Positions 22,789-30,300 of a DNA stretch of 32,000 bases are shown in pieces. The position numbers and the translations under genes were made by a program. Within the stretch, counting starts at the first letter, position 1. Each line of letters starts with the position of its first letter. Below the pieces are notes generated by a model, which did not search any database, was not told the DNA's origin, and saw nothing but the letters and a program-made list of their open reading frames with translations. Source of the stretch: an uncultured Candidatus Saccharibacteria bacterium (lineage in GTDB: Bacteria > Patescibacteriota > UBA1384 > XYA2-FULL-43-10 > 1-14-0-10-43-13); the NCBI GenBank assembly GCA_964543385.1, contig CAZIYE010000001.1:570001-602000 (forward strand), written 5' to 3'.

Positions 22789-23880
22789 TTACAAATAAAG
22801 GTGTTTGCCATCATCTCTGAGTTTGCTCAGTAAATCTTTAACATTGTTAGCTTTGGTTTTATCGGCGATAAAGAGAACATCATCAGTATCAATAACAATG
22901 ATGTTTTCCAAACCCATAGTGGCAACCAATTTTTCATTGGCATAGACTAGACTGTCCTTGCTGCCGATATCGACATGATTACCTCTTGAAATTATGTGGG
23001 TTGAGTAGTTATCTAACAATACGTCGCTCAATGTCTGCCATGTACCAATGTCGCTCCAGCCGAGATCAGCAGGAACTGCTAGGAATTTATTGAATTTAGA
23101 GTCTTCAACAATTGCATTCTCGATTTGTTCCTTATCGAGTGTATTATAGAGAGCTTTAATTCGGCTTTCTGCTACTATTGATTTATCATTTTTTTCAATC
23201 TCATGGATTTCATTAACCACCTCAATTACCTTTGGTCGATATTGCTCAATCCATTTTAAAATTTGTTCAGCCTTGAAGAAATAGTATGCACCATTCCAAA
23301 GATGACTCCAACTTCTGACATATCCTTTTGCAGTTTCAAGGTCCGGTTTCTCAGTAAACTGTTCAATATTAAAAACCTGACGGTTATCAACACGGCATTT
23401 CTCACTACCTATTCTCATATAGCCGAGCTCAGTACTTGGAAAATCAGGGTTGATACCAACAGCGACTAGGTGATCAGGATATTTTTCAATTACCTTTTGG
23501 CATGTCTTAACGGTTTCAATAAATGCATCCGTATTTCTGATCATATGGTCGGAAGCAATTGTCGCGATCGTTGCATCAGGATCTTTTTCGAGCAGTTTGG
23601 TCGCAATGTACGCAAATGCCGGCGTGGTGTTTTTGGGACATGGCTCGATTATATAATTTTCGATTGGCACGTTTGGAAGTTGGCTTTTGATTTCATCCAC
23701 AAATTTTGGTATTGCGGATATATAGATTTTGTCTAGCGGTACAGCCTTACTCAACCTCTCGTAGGTTTCCTGAAGCAGGGTTTTGTCAGAAATTAATTTG
23801 TGCAATTGCTTCGGTTTTGACTCCCGACTCATAGGCCATAGCCTTGTTCCAGAACCACCAGCCATTATTACTGCATACAT
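22789..23880 (-). CDS. manC: Mannose-1-phosphate guanylyltransferase (GDP-mannose pyrophosphorylase), NTP-transferase domain type
   Basis: 363 aa. The N-terminus MYAVIMAGGSGTRLWPMSRESKPKQL and later FTEKPDLETAK, GWSDIGTW are typical ManC/CpsB motifs. There is no C-terminal cupin (PMI) domain. Confidence 0.8.
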   Translation of the reverse strand: MYAVIMAGGSGTRLWPMSRESKPKQLHKLISDKTLLQETYERLSKAVPLDKIYISAIPKFVDEIKSQLPNVPIENYIIEPCPKNTTPAFAYIATKLLEKDPDATIATIASDHMIRNTDAFIETVKTCQKVIEKYPDHLVAVGINPDFPSTELGYMRIGSEKCRVDNRQVFNIEQFTEKPDLETAKGYVRSWSHLWNGAYYFFKAEQILKWIEQYRPKVIEVVNEIHEIEKNDKSIVAESRIKALYNTLDKEQIENAIVEDSKFNKFLAVPADLGWSDIGTWQTLSDVLLDNYSTHIISRGNHVDIGSKDSLVYANEKLVATMGLENIIVIDTDDVLFIADKTKANNVKDLLSKLRDDGKHLYL

Positions 23881-23922
23881 AGTATCCTTGTTTGTTTAAT
23901 ATAAACTAAATAATTAAGCCAT

Positions 23923-23951
23923 AATTTAACACTATAAAGTGGGTTTATCAA
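23923..23951 (-). promoter_or_regulatory. Candidate promoter for the manC operon
   Basis: On the minus strand: TTGATA (complement of 23946-23951), 17 nt, TAAATT (complement of 23923-23928). AAGGA lies 4 nt before the manC ATG. Confidence 0.35.
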
Positions 23952-23973
23952 TCACTGGTTTAACAAAATTTGA

Positions 23974-24882
23974 CTAATATCGTTCGATTTCTAGTGTTGA
24001 AGCGTCTGCTGATACTCTCAATTCTATTTGCTTGGGACTACTGTCAAAGTCATCGCTTTTATAAGTATTGTCCTGCTTCTTTAATCCTAGTTCTCCAAAA
24101 TTATTTTCTAATAACCCAGAGTCAGAAATTATACAGAGGGCATATTCTTTTGGTAACAGAATATTACTTTTTGATGCGCCAATGTCAAACCCCATCGTAA
24201 CTTTATCAATCACTGATCCAATCTTTATATTGCTTTTGCTAGCACCCGCATTGATTTTGAGTTTGGTGAGCTTGATCGCCGAAAAATCTAGATCTAGTTT
24301 GCTGGCGCCAGAATCGATATTTATCTCCATGGGGATACTTTTATTGAGGCTCAACGAAAAATTTCTTTTTGTATTGCCAGGGTTGAATATGCCGAAATCA
24401 CGATGGTCTTCAGAGAAGTTGATGTCTGCAACATTGCCGTTTATGTTATTTTTTGCTCTAATTTCACTGTTAGATTCAAAAAAAACCTCATATAATTTAC
24501 TATCATTATTAAGAGAGTTGACCTCGATATTTGCTGCTCCTAGATTCAGATCTAATTTAACTTCTTCAATATTTGTATCTGTATCATATGAAAATTTCTG
24601 GGTCTCGACATTCTCCGATCTACCAGTATTCATTTTTTTGTTTAAGTCTTTGAAGTTTGAAATATAAAGTATCCCAAGAATTGACATTGCTACAAGTAGT
24701 ACCGCGGGAATTATACTATCCTTACCGAAAATTATTCCAGCTCCGAGAAGGATAAGAAAGAGTGGCCAAAGATCAAAAGCAGAACGCCAAACACTTTCAT
24801 TCCACCAGCCAAAGTTTATTCCCAAAAGCAGAACGCCGATAAAAAGAATTATAAACCCCCAGAGTAATCTTCCAAATCTCAT
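23974..24882 (-). CDS. LiaF-like / toastrack (DUF4097-like) membrane protein
   Basis: 302 aa. The N-terminus has LiaI-LiaF-type TM helices (LLWGFIILFIGVLLLGINFGWW...LWPLFLILLGAGIIF). The C-terminal region has repeated beta-strand units around GA(S/A)K/N (LGAANIEV, SGASKLDLDF, AGASKSNIKI, IGASKSNILL, ADASTLEIE). Confidence 0.55.
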   Translation of the reverse strand: MRFGRLLWGFIILFIGVLLLGINFGWWNESVWRSAFDLWPLFLILLGAGIIFGKDSIIPAVLLVAMSILGILYISNFKDLNKKMNTGRSENVETQKFSYDTDTNIEEVKLDLNLGAANIEVNSLNNDSKLYEVFFESNSEIRAKNNINGNVADINFSEDHRDFGIFNPGNTKRNFSLSLNKSIPMEINIDSGASKLDLDFSAIKLTKLKINAGASKSNIKIGSVIDKVTMGFDIGASKSNILLPKEYALCIISDSGLLENNFGELGLKKQDNTYKSDDFDSSPKQIELRVSADASTLEIERY

Positions 24883-24892
24883 AATTGCCTAC

Positions 24893-25336
24893 CTATTTTT
24901 TGCTATTTAATATTACAGCAATACCAACAACCACTAATACTAATGGCCAAAATACTGACCAAGCGCGGAAGCCTAGAACATTCTGTAATAAGAACAGTAT
25001 TCCAATGACTATAATAACGAAGCCGATTATAAGTCTGCCATCGTCTTTGGAAACTATATTTTTATGGTCTTTAGCCTCTTTCTTGATTTCGCTAGCAAAT
25101 TTTTCTGCTTTTTCCTTTATCTCTTCCGCTCCTGTTTTCCCTGTGGCACAACTAGGATCCTCGGGGATTATTATCCAAGCGACAATGTAAAATATGATTG
25201 ATATACCTGTAAAGATTAGAAGCGCAACAATCAATCTTATTAAAACAGGATCAATATCAAAATATTTTCCTAGGCCTCCGCAGACGCCTCCTAATATTCT
25301 ATTGTCGCAAGAACGATAAAGATGTTTTTCTTTCAT
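24893..25336 (-). CDS. PspC domain-containing membrane protein
   Basis: 147 aa. LYRSCDNRILGGVCGGLGKYFDIDPVLIRLIVALLIFTG is the PspC domain signature. Additional TM helices follow. Confidence 0.8.
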   Translation of the reverse strand: MKEKHLYRSCDNRILGGVCGGLGKYFDIDPVLIRLIVALLIFTGISIIFYIVAWIIIPEDPSCATGKTGAEEIKEKAEKFASEIKKEAKDHKNIVSKDDGRLIIGFVIIVIGILFLLQNVLGFRAWSVFWPLVLVVVGIAVILNSKK

Positions 25337-25369
25337 ATGTTCCTTTTTATTTTAATAATTGTAACACCA

Positions 25370-25398
25370 ATTATATCATATAGCCTTGCTATTTTAAA
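25370..25398 (-). promoter_or_regulatory. Candidate extended -10 promoter for the pspC-liaF-like pair
   Basis: On the minus strand: TTTAAA (25393-25398), 17 nt, TATAAT (complement of 25370-25375), preceded by TGA (extended -10, TGnTATAAT). AAGGA SD lies before ATG 25336. Confidence 0.4.
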
Positions 25399-25419
25399 CC
25401 AATATTCTATTCAAATACC

Positions 25420-25447
25420 TTGACAAAATGGCAGTTTTTGCTATATT
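25420..25447 (+). promoter_or_regulatory. Candidate promoter for nrnA
   Basis: Consensus TTGACA (25420-25425), 16 nt, TATATT (25442-25447). Confidence 0.45.
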
Positions 25448-25548
25448 TACTAGTTTCCCAGAAACAAAAAAAACCGAATAGCAAATAGATTGGACATATC
25501 TAACTCAGCATATTTGCTTAATTCGATTGATTGGACATTAGATTTTAT

Positions 25549-26694
25549 ATGGAATTATCCCCCAAACAACAAGTCGTAGATGTTATAAAGAACAGCCAAA
25601 GAGTTCTTCTTTTGACACACAAAAATCCTGATGGCGATGCCGTTGGTAGTATTTTGGGCTTATATTTCTCTCTTAAGAAGCTGGGCAAGGATGTCGTTGT
25701 TGTATGTGCTGATGTGCCGTCAGCTATATTCGACTATATGCCGGGGGTCAAAGAAATTGCCCAAAACTTTGCTTCTGGCAGAGATTTTGTCATATCTGTC
25801 GATACTTCCAAGGTGCAGGCAGACAAAATAATGTATAAGATGGATGAAAATAAACTTAACATAATTGTTACTCCTAGGAATGGTCAGTTTAGCAAGGATA
25901 TGATTTCATGTTGTGACGGCAATTTTCATTATGATGCTGTTGTTGTCCTCGATTCAACTGATTTGGAAAGAATCGGCAATCCTTATGAGAAACATCCTGA
26001 ACTTTTCTTCGACATTCCTGTTATTAATATAGATCACCATGCCGGTAATGATTTTTTTGGCAAAGTTAATCTTGTCGACATTACAGCAACATCCACTTCT
26101 GAAATTTTGGTCTCGGTCTTGGAAGCATTGACTGGGGATCCCAAGTTTATTAATGAAGAAATCGCCACTGCTTTGCTAACGGGAATTATCACAGATACAA
26201 ATTCTTTTCAAAATACCAATACAACTCCAAAATCGCTTACAGTTGCAGCACAACTTGTTGCATTTGGAGGAAGACAACAAGACATAATAAAAAGTATCTA
26301 TAAGACTAAACCTCTTTCTACTTTGCGCTTGTGGGGTAGGGCATTATCAAATTTACGTGATGAAAAATCTCATAAATTTGTCTGGACGCAGTTATACAAA
26401 AAGGATTACCTTGAAGTGGGGGCGGCAGAAACAGAATCTTCTGGCGTTATTGATGAATTATTGAAGACTGCCTCGGGCGTAGATTTTGCTCTACTATTGT
26501 CAGAAAAAAATGGCGATGTCCATGGTTCACTTAGATCCACAACCAAATCTAAAGATGTTTCTATTATTGCTAAACTCTTTGGCGGGGGTGGTCATCCGAT
26601 GGCAGCAGCTTTTCAGATGAACAGCACGTCGCTAGAGGCTTCATCTGACTCCGTTATCCAAAAGATAAAGGAATACCAAGACTCCCTAGTCTAA
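25549..26694 (+). CDS. nrnA: DHH/DHHA1 phosphoesterase, NrnA-like oligoribonuclease / pAp phosphatase
   Basis: Motifs LLLTHKNPDGDAVGS, INIDHHAGN (DHH) and GGGGHPMAAAF (DHHA1). I chose ATG 25549 (MELSPKQQ...). The track's longer version starts at an in-frame TTG at 25531. Neither start has a clear SD. Confidence 0.85.
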   Translation: MELSPKQQVVDVIKNSQRVLLLTHKNPDGDAVGSILGLYFSLKKLGKDVVVVCADVPSAIFDYMPGVKEIAQNFASGRDFVISVDTSKVQADKIMYKMDENKLNIIVTPRNGQFSKDMISCCDGNFHYDAVVVLDSTDLERIGNPYEKHPELFFDIPVINIDHHAGNDFFGKVNLVDITATSTSEILVSVLEALTGDPKFINEEIATALLTGIITDTNSFQNTNTTPKSLTVAAQLVAFGGRQQDIIKSIYKTKPLSTLRLWGRALSNLRDEKSHKFVWTQLYKKDYLEVGAAETESSGVIDELLKTASGVDFALLLSEKNGDVHGSLRSTTKSKDVSIIAKLFGGGGHPMAAAFQMNSTSLEASSDSVIQKIKEYQDSLV

Positions 26695-26720
26695 CAATAA
26701 CTCTATTGGGATAAAATAGA

Positions 26721-26749
26721 TTGATATATAGACGAAATTATGATATAAA
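26721..26749 (+). promoter_or_regulatory. Candidate promoter for rpsO-pnp
   Basis: TTGATA (26721-26726), 17 nt, TATAAA (26744-26749), with TG at 26741-26742 (extended -10 context). Confidence 0.4.
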
Positions 26750-26779
26750 ATAATAAATCAATAGTAATTAAGGGAGAAA

Positions 26780-26809
26780 CCGGTTGGAGGTATAAACTTC
26801 CACTGCCGG
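26780..26809 (+). promoter_or_regulatory. Hairpin in the rpsO 5' leader (candidate S15 autoregulatory site)
   Basis: CCGG (26780-26783) pairs with CCGG (26806-26809). This encloses UGGAGG (26785-26790) paired with CUUCCA (26797-26802), which includes a G-U wobble stacked on a G-C pair. The loop is UAUAAA, and the SD GAAAGGAAAAG follows immediately. Confidence 0.35.
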
Positions 26810-26822
26810 CTGAAAGGAAAAG

Positions 26823-27101
26823 ATGGTTCAAGAAAAGGCTGCGAAAGCAGCGAAAGATGATCTGGTCAAAAAATACCAGACTCACAAAAATGACACTGGT
26901 TCGACTGAGGTACAGGTAGCAATCCTGACAAAGAAGGTTTCTGACCTTACTAAGCATTTGAAAGAACACAAGAAGGATTTCGATTCTCGACGCGGACTTC
27001 TCATGATGGTTGGTAAACGCCGAAGACTTCTAAACTATCTTCGCAAAAATGACGAAGAAAAGTATACAAAAGTTATCACTGATTTAGGTCTCAAAAAATA
27101 G
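26823..27101 (+). CDS. rpsO: 30S ribosomal protein S15
   Basis: 92 aa. THKNDTGSTEVQVAILTKKVSDLTKHLKEHKKDFDSRRGLLMMVGKRRRLLNYL is canonical uS15. Confidence 0.93.
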   Translation: MVQEKAAKAAKDDLVKKYQTHKNDTGSTEVQVAILTKKVSDLTKHLKEHKKDFDSRRGLLMMVGKRRRLLNYLRKNDEEKYTKVITDLGLKK

Positions 27102-27113
27102 GGGATTAAGATA

Positions 27114-27135
27114 AGGCTCCGATTCATCGGAGCCT
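27114..27135 (+). terminator. Hairpin between rpsO and pnp (attenuator or processing site)
   Basis: AGGCTCCGA (27114-27122) and TCGGAGCCT (27127-27135) are exact complements around the loop TTCA. The hairpin is followed by CTCTT only, a weak U-tract. Confidence 0.5.
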
Positions 27136-27184
27136 CTCTTAGTTCATTGAAAAATTTATTAATTTAAAGAGATGCAAGTTTCTA

Positions 27185-27261
27185 GTTTCTAATTACAAAT
27201 TTCTAATCGAAATAGGGATCTTTGAAAATTGATTGGAAATTGAAAATTGGATATTGGAAAT
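27185..27261 (+). promoter_or_regulatory. Repeat-built pnp leader: two (A/G)TTTCTAAT copies complementary to two ATTGGAAAT copies
   Basis: GTTTCTAAT is at 27185-27193 and ATTTCTAAT at 27199-27207. ATTGGAAAT is at 27232-27240 and 27253-27261. As RNA, each upstream 9-mer can pair fully with a downstream 9-mer (one or two G-U wobbles), giving two stacked 9-bp helices. The region also reads as a GAAAATTG...TTGGAAATT tandem unit. Confidence 0.35.
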
Positions 27262-27283
27262 TGCTCTCCAGGGAAGGACCTTT

Positions 27284-29437
27284 ATGGTTAAGAAAATGGA
27301 ATTCAAAACTCGTTCATACGAGGTTGATTTTGGTGGGGAAAAAATAATGCTCGAGACGGGCAAATTGGCAGGTCTTGCTAGCGGTTCAATTACTGCTAGA
27401 TACAAAGATACTGTTGTATTGGCAACTGTTTGTCTGGCTGCTGAGCCAAAAGAAGGGATGGATTTCTTCCCGCTCATGGTGGAGTTTGAGGAGAGATTTT
27501 ATGCTGCTGGCAAAATTTCAGGTAGTCGTTTTATTAAGAGAGAGGGTAGACCATCCGATGCTGCCGTTTTGGCTGGCCGTAAGATTGATCGTCCGATTAG
27601 ACCCCTTTTTCCAAAAAGCTACCGAAATGATGTTCAGATTATTATAACGGCTCTATCGTATGATGGTTCAATAAATATTGATGTTCTCGGCACTTTTGCT
27701 GCTTCCGCTGCTTTAATGCAGACAAATGCTCCTTTCAAAGGTCCGATTGCCTCAGTCAACGTCGGTATGATTGATGATAAATTTGTTCTTAACATGGATG
27801 AAGACCAGCAAGAATTATCTAAATTGAACCTAACTTTTGCTGCTACTGCCGAACGCATTATGATGATTGAGACCGAAGCAAATGAAGTTAGTGAAGAGCA
27901 AGTTTTTGAGGCAATGCAATTTGGTCACAAAGCTATCCAACCGCTTATTCAACTTCAGCACAAGATTGCCGAGGATCATTCACGAGAAGTCGCTGCTGAA
28001 GCTACTGAGGAAAAAATTGTTGGTGTTCATGCCGAGGTATATAATCTAGTTGCTGACAAAATCAAGGATGCTATGGTCGCACTTGATAAACAAGAGCGAG
28101 AGTCAAAACTTAAATCTTATGAACAGGAAGTACTCGACTCTCTCGATGGTGCTTATAAACAAATTGATATCAAAAATGCTTTTACTAAGATTGTTGAAAA
28201 AGAAATCAGACGGCTGATTCTTGAAAAAGGCATACGACCAGATGGTCGAGGTATCGAAGAGATTAGACCTATAGGTGTCGAAGTTGGCATTCTTCCACGA
28301 CCTCATGGCTCCGCCTTATTTACTCGTGGCCAAACCCAGGCTTTAACCGTTGCTACCCTTGCTTCTCCTGGTTTTGAACAATTGATTGATACTATGGAGG
28401 GCGAAAGTACCAAGAGATTTATGCATCACTATAATTTCCCACCATATTCAACTGGTGAGGTTAGACCTCTTAGAGGCACCGGCCGACGTGAAGTTGGACA
28501 TGGTTACCTTGCCGAAAAAGCATTGAAGCCAATGATTCCTGACTCTGAGTCATTTCCTTATACTATCCGCTTAGTTTCAGAAATTTTGAGCTCAAATGGT
28601 TCTAGTTCAATGGCAGCAACTTGTGGTTCTACTCTTGCGCTTATGGACGCTGGTATCCCTATTAAAAAACCTGTCTCTGGTATTGCTATGGGTCTTGTGA
28701 CTGACGAAGATATCTCTAAATATAAGGTTTTGATGGATCTCCAGGGTCTTGAAGACTTTGCGGGTGATATGGATTTCAAAATAGCCGGTACAAGTGATGG
28801 CATTACTGCTATTCAGATGGACACCAAGCTCACTGGATTAACATATGATATTATCAGAGACACATTTGCTATGGCTAAAAAGGGCCGAGCTGATATTCTG
28901 GCGGCTATGCTAGAGATAATCCCAGAGCCAAGAGCAAATCTCTCTAAATATGCTCCTAGAATTGAAGCGATAAAGATTAATCCTGATAAGATTGGTGAAT
29001 TGATTGGCCCAGGCGGCAAAAATATCAAGAAGCTTGTCGAAGAGTGCGGTGGCAAAGAAATTTGTAGCATTGATATCGAAGATGATGGCACAGTTATGAT
29101 CTCCTCAATTGATCCAGAAATGGGCGCAAAGGCAATATCAATGGTTAAATCAATGACTCGAGAAGTACAGGTCGGCGAAATACTGACCGGAGAGATTATT
29201 GATATTAAGAAAGATCGTATGACTGGCAAGGAGATTGGTGCAATCTTCGCTATCTCTCCAAAACAAGATGGCATGATCCATATCTCTCAGATCGCAAATG
29301 AGAGAGTTGAAAAAGTATCTGACAAGCTAAAAATTGGCCAGACTGTCACAGTAAAAGTTATCGAAGTCGATCCAATGAAGGGCAGAGTTTCTCTCTCTAT
29401 AAAGGCTTTACTTGACAATAGTCAGGACCGACAATAA
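27284..29437 (+). CDS. pnp: Polynucleotide phosphorylase (polyribonucleotide nucleotidyltransferase)
   Basis: Two RNase PH domains, then KH (IGELIGPGGKNIKKL) and S1 (VGEILTGEIIDI...) domains. I place the start at ATG 27284 (MVKKMEFKTRSYEVDFGG...), which is 5 nt after AAGGA (27274-27278). The track's TTG at 27233 adds 17 unlikely residues. Confidence 0.93.
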   Translation: MVKKMEFKTRSYEVDFGGEKIMLETGKLAGLASGSITARYKDTVVLATVCLAAEPKEGMDFFPLMVEFEERFYAAGKISGSRFIKREGRPSDAAVLAGRKIDRPIRPLFPKSYRNDVQIIITALSYDGSINIDVLGTFAASAALMQTNAPFKGPIASVNVGMIDDKFVLNMDEDQQELSKLNLTFAATAERIMMIETEANEVSEEQVFEAMQFGHKAIQPLIQLQHKIAEDHSREVAAEATEEKIVGVHAEVYNLVADKIKDAMVALDKQERESKLKSYEQEVLDSLDGAYKQIDIKNAFTKIVEKEIRRLILEKGIRPDGRGIEEIRPIGVEVGILPRPHGSALFTRGQTQALTVATLASPGFEQLIDTMEGESTKRFMHHYNFPPYSTGEVRPLRGTGRREVGHGYLAEKALKPMIPDSESFPYTIRLVSEILSSNGSSSMAATCGSTLALMDAGIPIKKPVSGIAMGLVTDEDISKYKVLMDLQGLEDFAGDMDFKIAGTSDGITAIQMDTKLTGLTYDIIRDTFAMAKKGRADILAAMLEIIPEPRANLSKYAPRIEAIKINPDKIGELIGPGGKNIKKLVEECGGKEICSIDIEDDGTVMISSIDPEMGAKAISMVKSMTREVQVGEILTGEIIDIKKDRMTGKEIGAIFAISPKQDGMIHISQIANERVEKVSDKLKIGQTVTVKVIEVDPMKGRVSLSIKALLDNSQDRQ

Positions 29438-29472
29438 AGGTTTTAGTATAGAATATTTGACCTACCAGAATA

Positions 29473-29506
29473 AAGAATACCTCCCCTAAAAAGGGGAGGT
29501 ATTCTT
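29473..29506 (+). terminator. Strong hairpin after pnp
   Basis: AAGAATACCTCCCC (29473-29486) and GGGGAGGTATTCTT (29493-29506) form a perfect 14-bp stem with the loop TAAAAA. The downstream U-tract is poor (GTCTAACAGTTTG). Confidence 0.5.
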
Positions 29507-29646
29507 GTCTAACAGTTTGTATGTTGACTGCTTAACAGTTGACAAATGTTGTGATATCTGGTAATTTTATATCAAATAATAAATTTTGAACTCCAAAAAA
29601 ATTATTGACCACACTATTTGATTTATTTTCTACATTTTTTCTTTGA

Positions 29647-30276
29647 ATGGACGATTTAGATAAAAGAAGAGAGCTAAAAGAGATCCGAGAGGAGGTTGCC
29701 CCTTGTCTTAAGTGTTCTCTTTCAAAAACTAGAAAGAATGCAGTTCCTGGCGAAGGAAATCATTTGGCTAAAATTATGTTTATTGGTGAAGCGCCGGGTG
29801 CCACCGAAGATGAAAAGGGAATACCTTTTTGCGGCGCTGCAGGCAAATTTCTTGACGAAATGCTTTCAAGTATCGGTTTGAACCGCGAGAACATTTTTAT
29901 TACCAATACCGTCAAGTGTCGTCCTCCGGGAAATCGTGATCCTGAGGATTCTGAAAAGATTGCTTGTAGACCATATCTAGAGCACCAGGTTGCTCTTATC
30001 AAGCCGAAATTGATCATTGCCCTTGGGCGACATGCAGCAGCTTCCCTATTACCAGGCCAGCCGAGCATCTCTAAAATTCATGGCAAGGCACTGCAAAGGC
30101 CAAATGGAATAGTTTATTTGCCTTTATATCATCCAGCTGCTGCGCTGCATAACGGCGGGCTAAGGCAAACACTAATGGATGATTTCTCCAAGATTCCAGT
30201 CATCCTCAAAAAAATAGAAGAAAAAGAGTCAAATAATTATACAGAAGAAGAATTAAAACAAGAAAAATTAATATAA
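29647..30276 (+). CDS. Uracil-DNA glycosylase, family 4 (4Fe-4S type)
   Basis: 209 aa. CLKCSL...VPGEG, FIGEAPGATEDEKGIPFCGAAGKFL, NTVKCRPPGNRDP and YHPAAAL match the family-4 UDG motifs and Cys ligands. Confidence 0.88.
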   Translation: MDDLDKRRELKEIREEVAPCLKCSLSKTRKNAVPGEGNHLAKIMFIGEAPGATEDEKGIPFCGAAGKFLDEMLSSIGLNRENIFITNTVKCRPPGNRDPEDSEKIACRPYLEHQVALIKPKLIIALGRHAAASLLPGQPSISKIHGKALQRPNGIVYLPLYHPAAALHNGGLRQTLMDDFSKIPVILKKIEEKESNNYTEEELKQEKLI

Positions 30277-30300
30277 AGAAAACAAACTATAAGGAAATTA

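Noticed and set aside
24068-24667. 199-aa plus-strand ORF antisense to the LiaF-like gene
   Set aside because: It lies entirely within the better-supported minus-strand gene, whose TM and GASK-repeat architecture is coherent. The plus frame is low-complexity Ser/Leu/Phe.
26703-26969. 88-aa minus-strand ORF overlapping the rpsO promoter and 5' coding region
   Set aside because: It is antisense to canonical rpsO and its leader, with hydrophobic low-complexity sequence and no start signals.
27233-27283. Track start (TTG 27233) for pnp, adding MEIENWILEIALQGRTF
   Set aside because: ATG 27284 has a properly spaced AAGGA SD and gives a normal PNPase N-terminus. The upstream 51 nt are the repeat-built leader.
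28813-29274. 153-aa minus-strand ORF inside pnp, and the 121-aa minus-strand ORF at 30928-31293 inside rnj
   Set aside because: These are antisense shadow frames within highly conserved genes.
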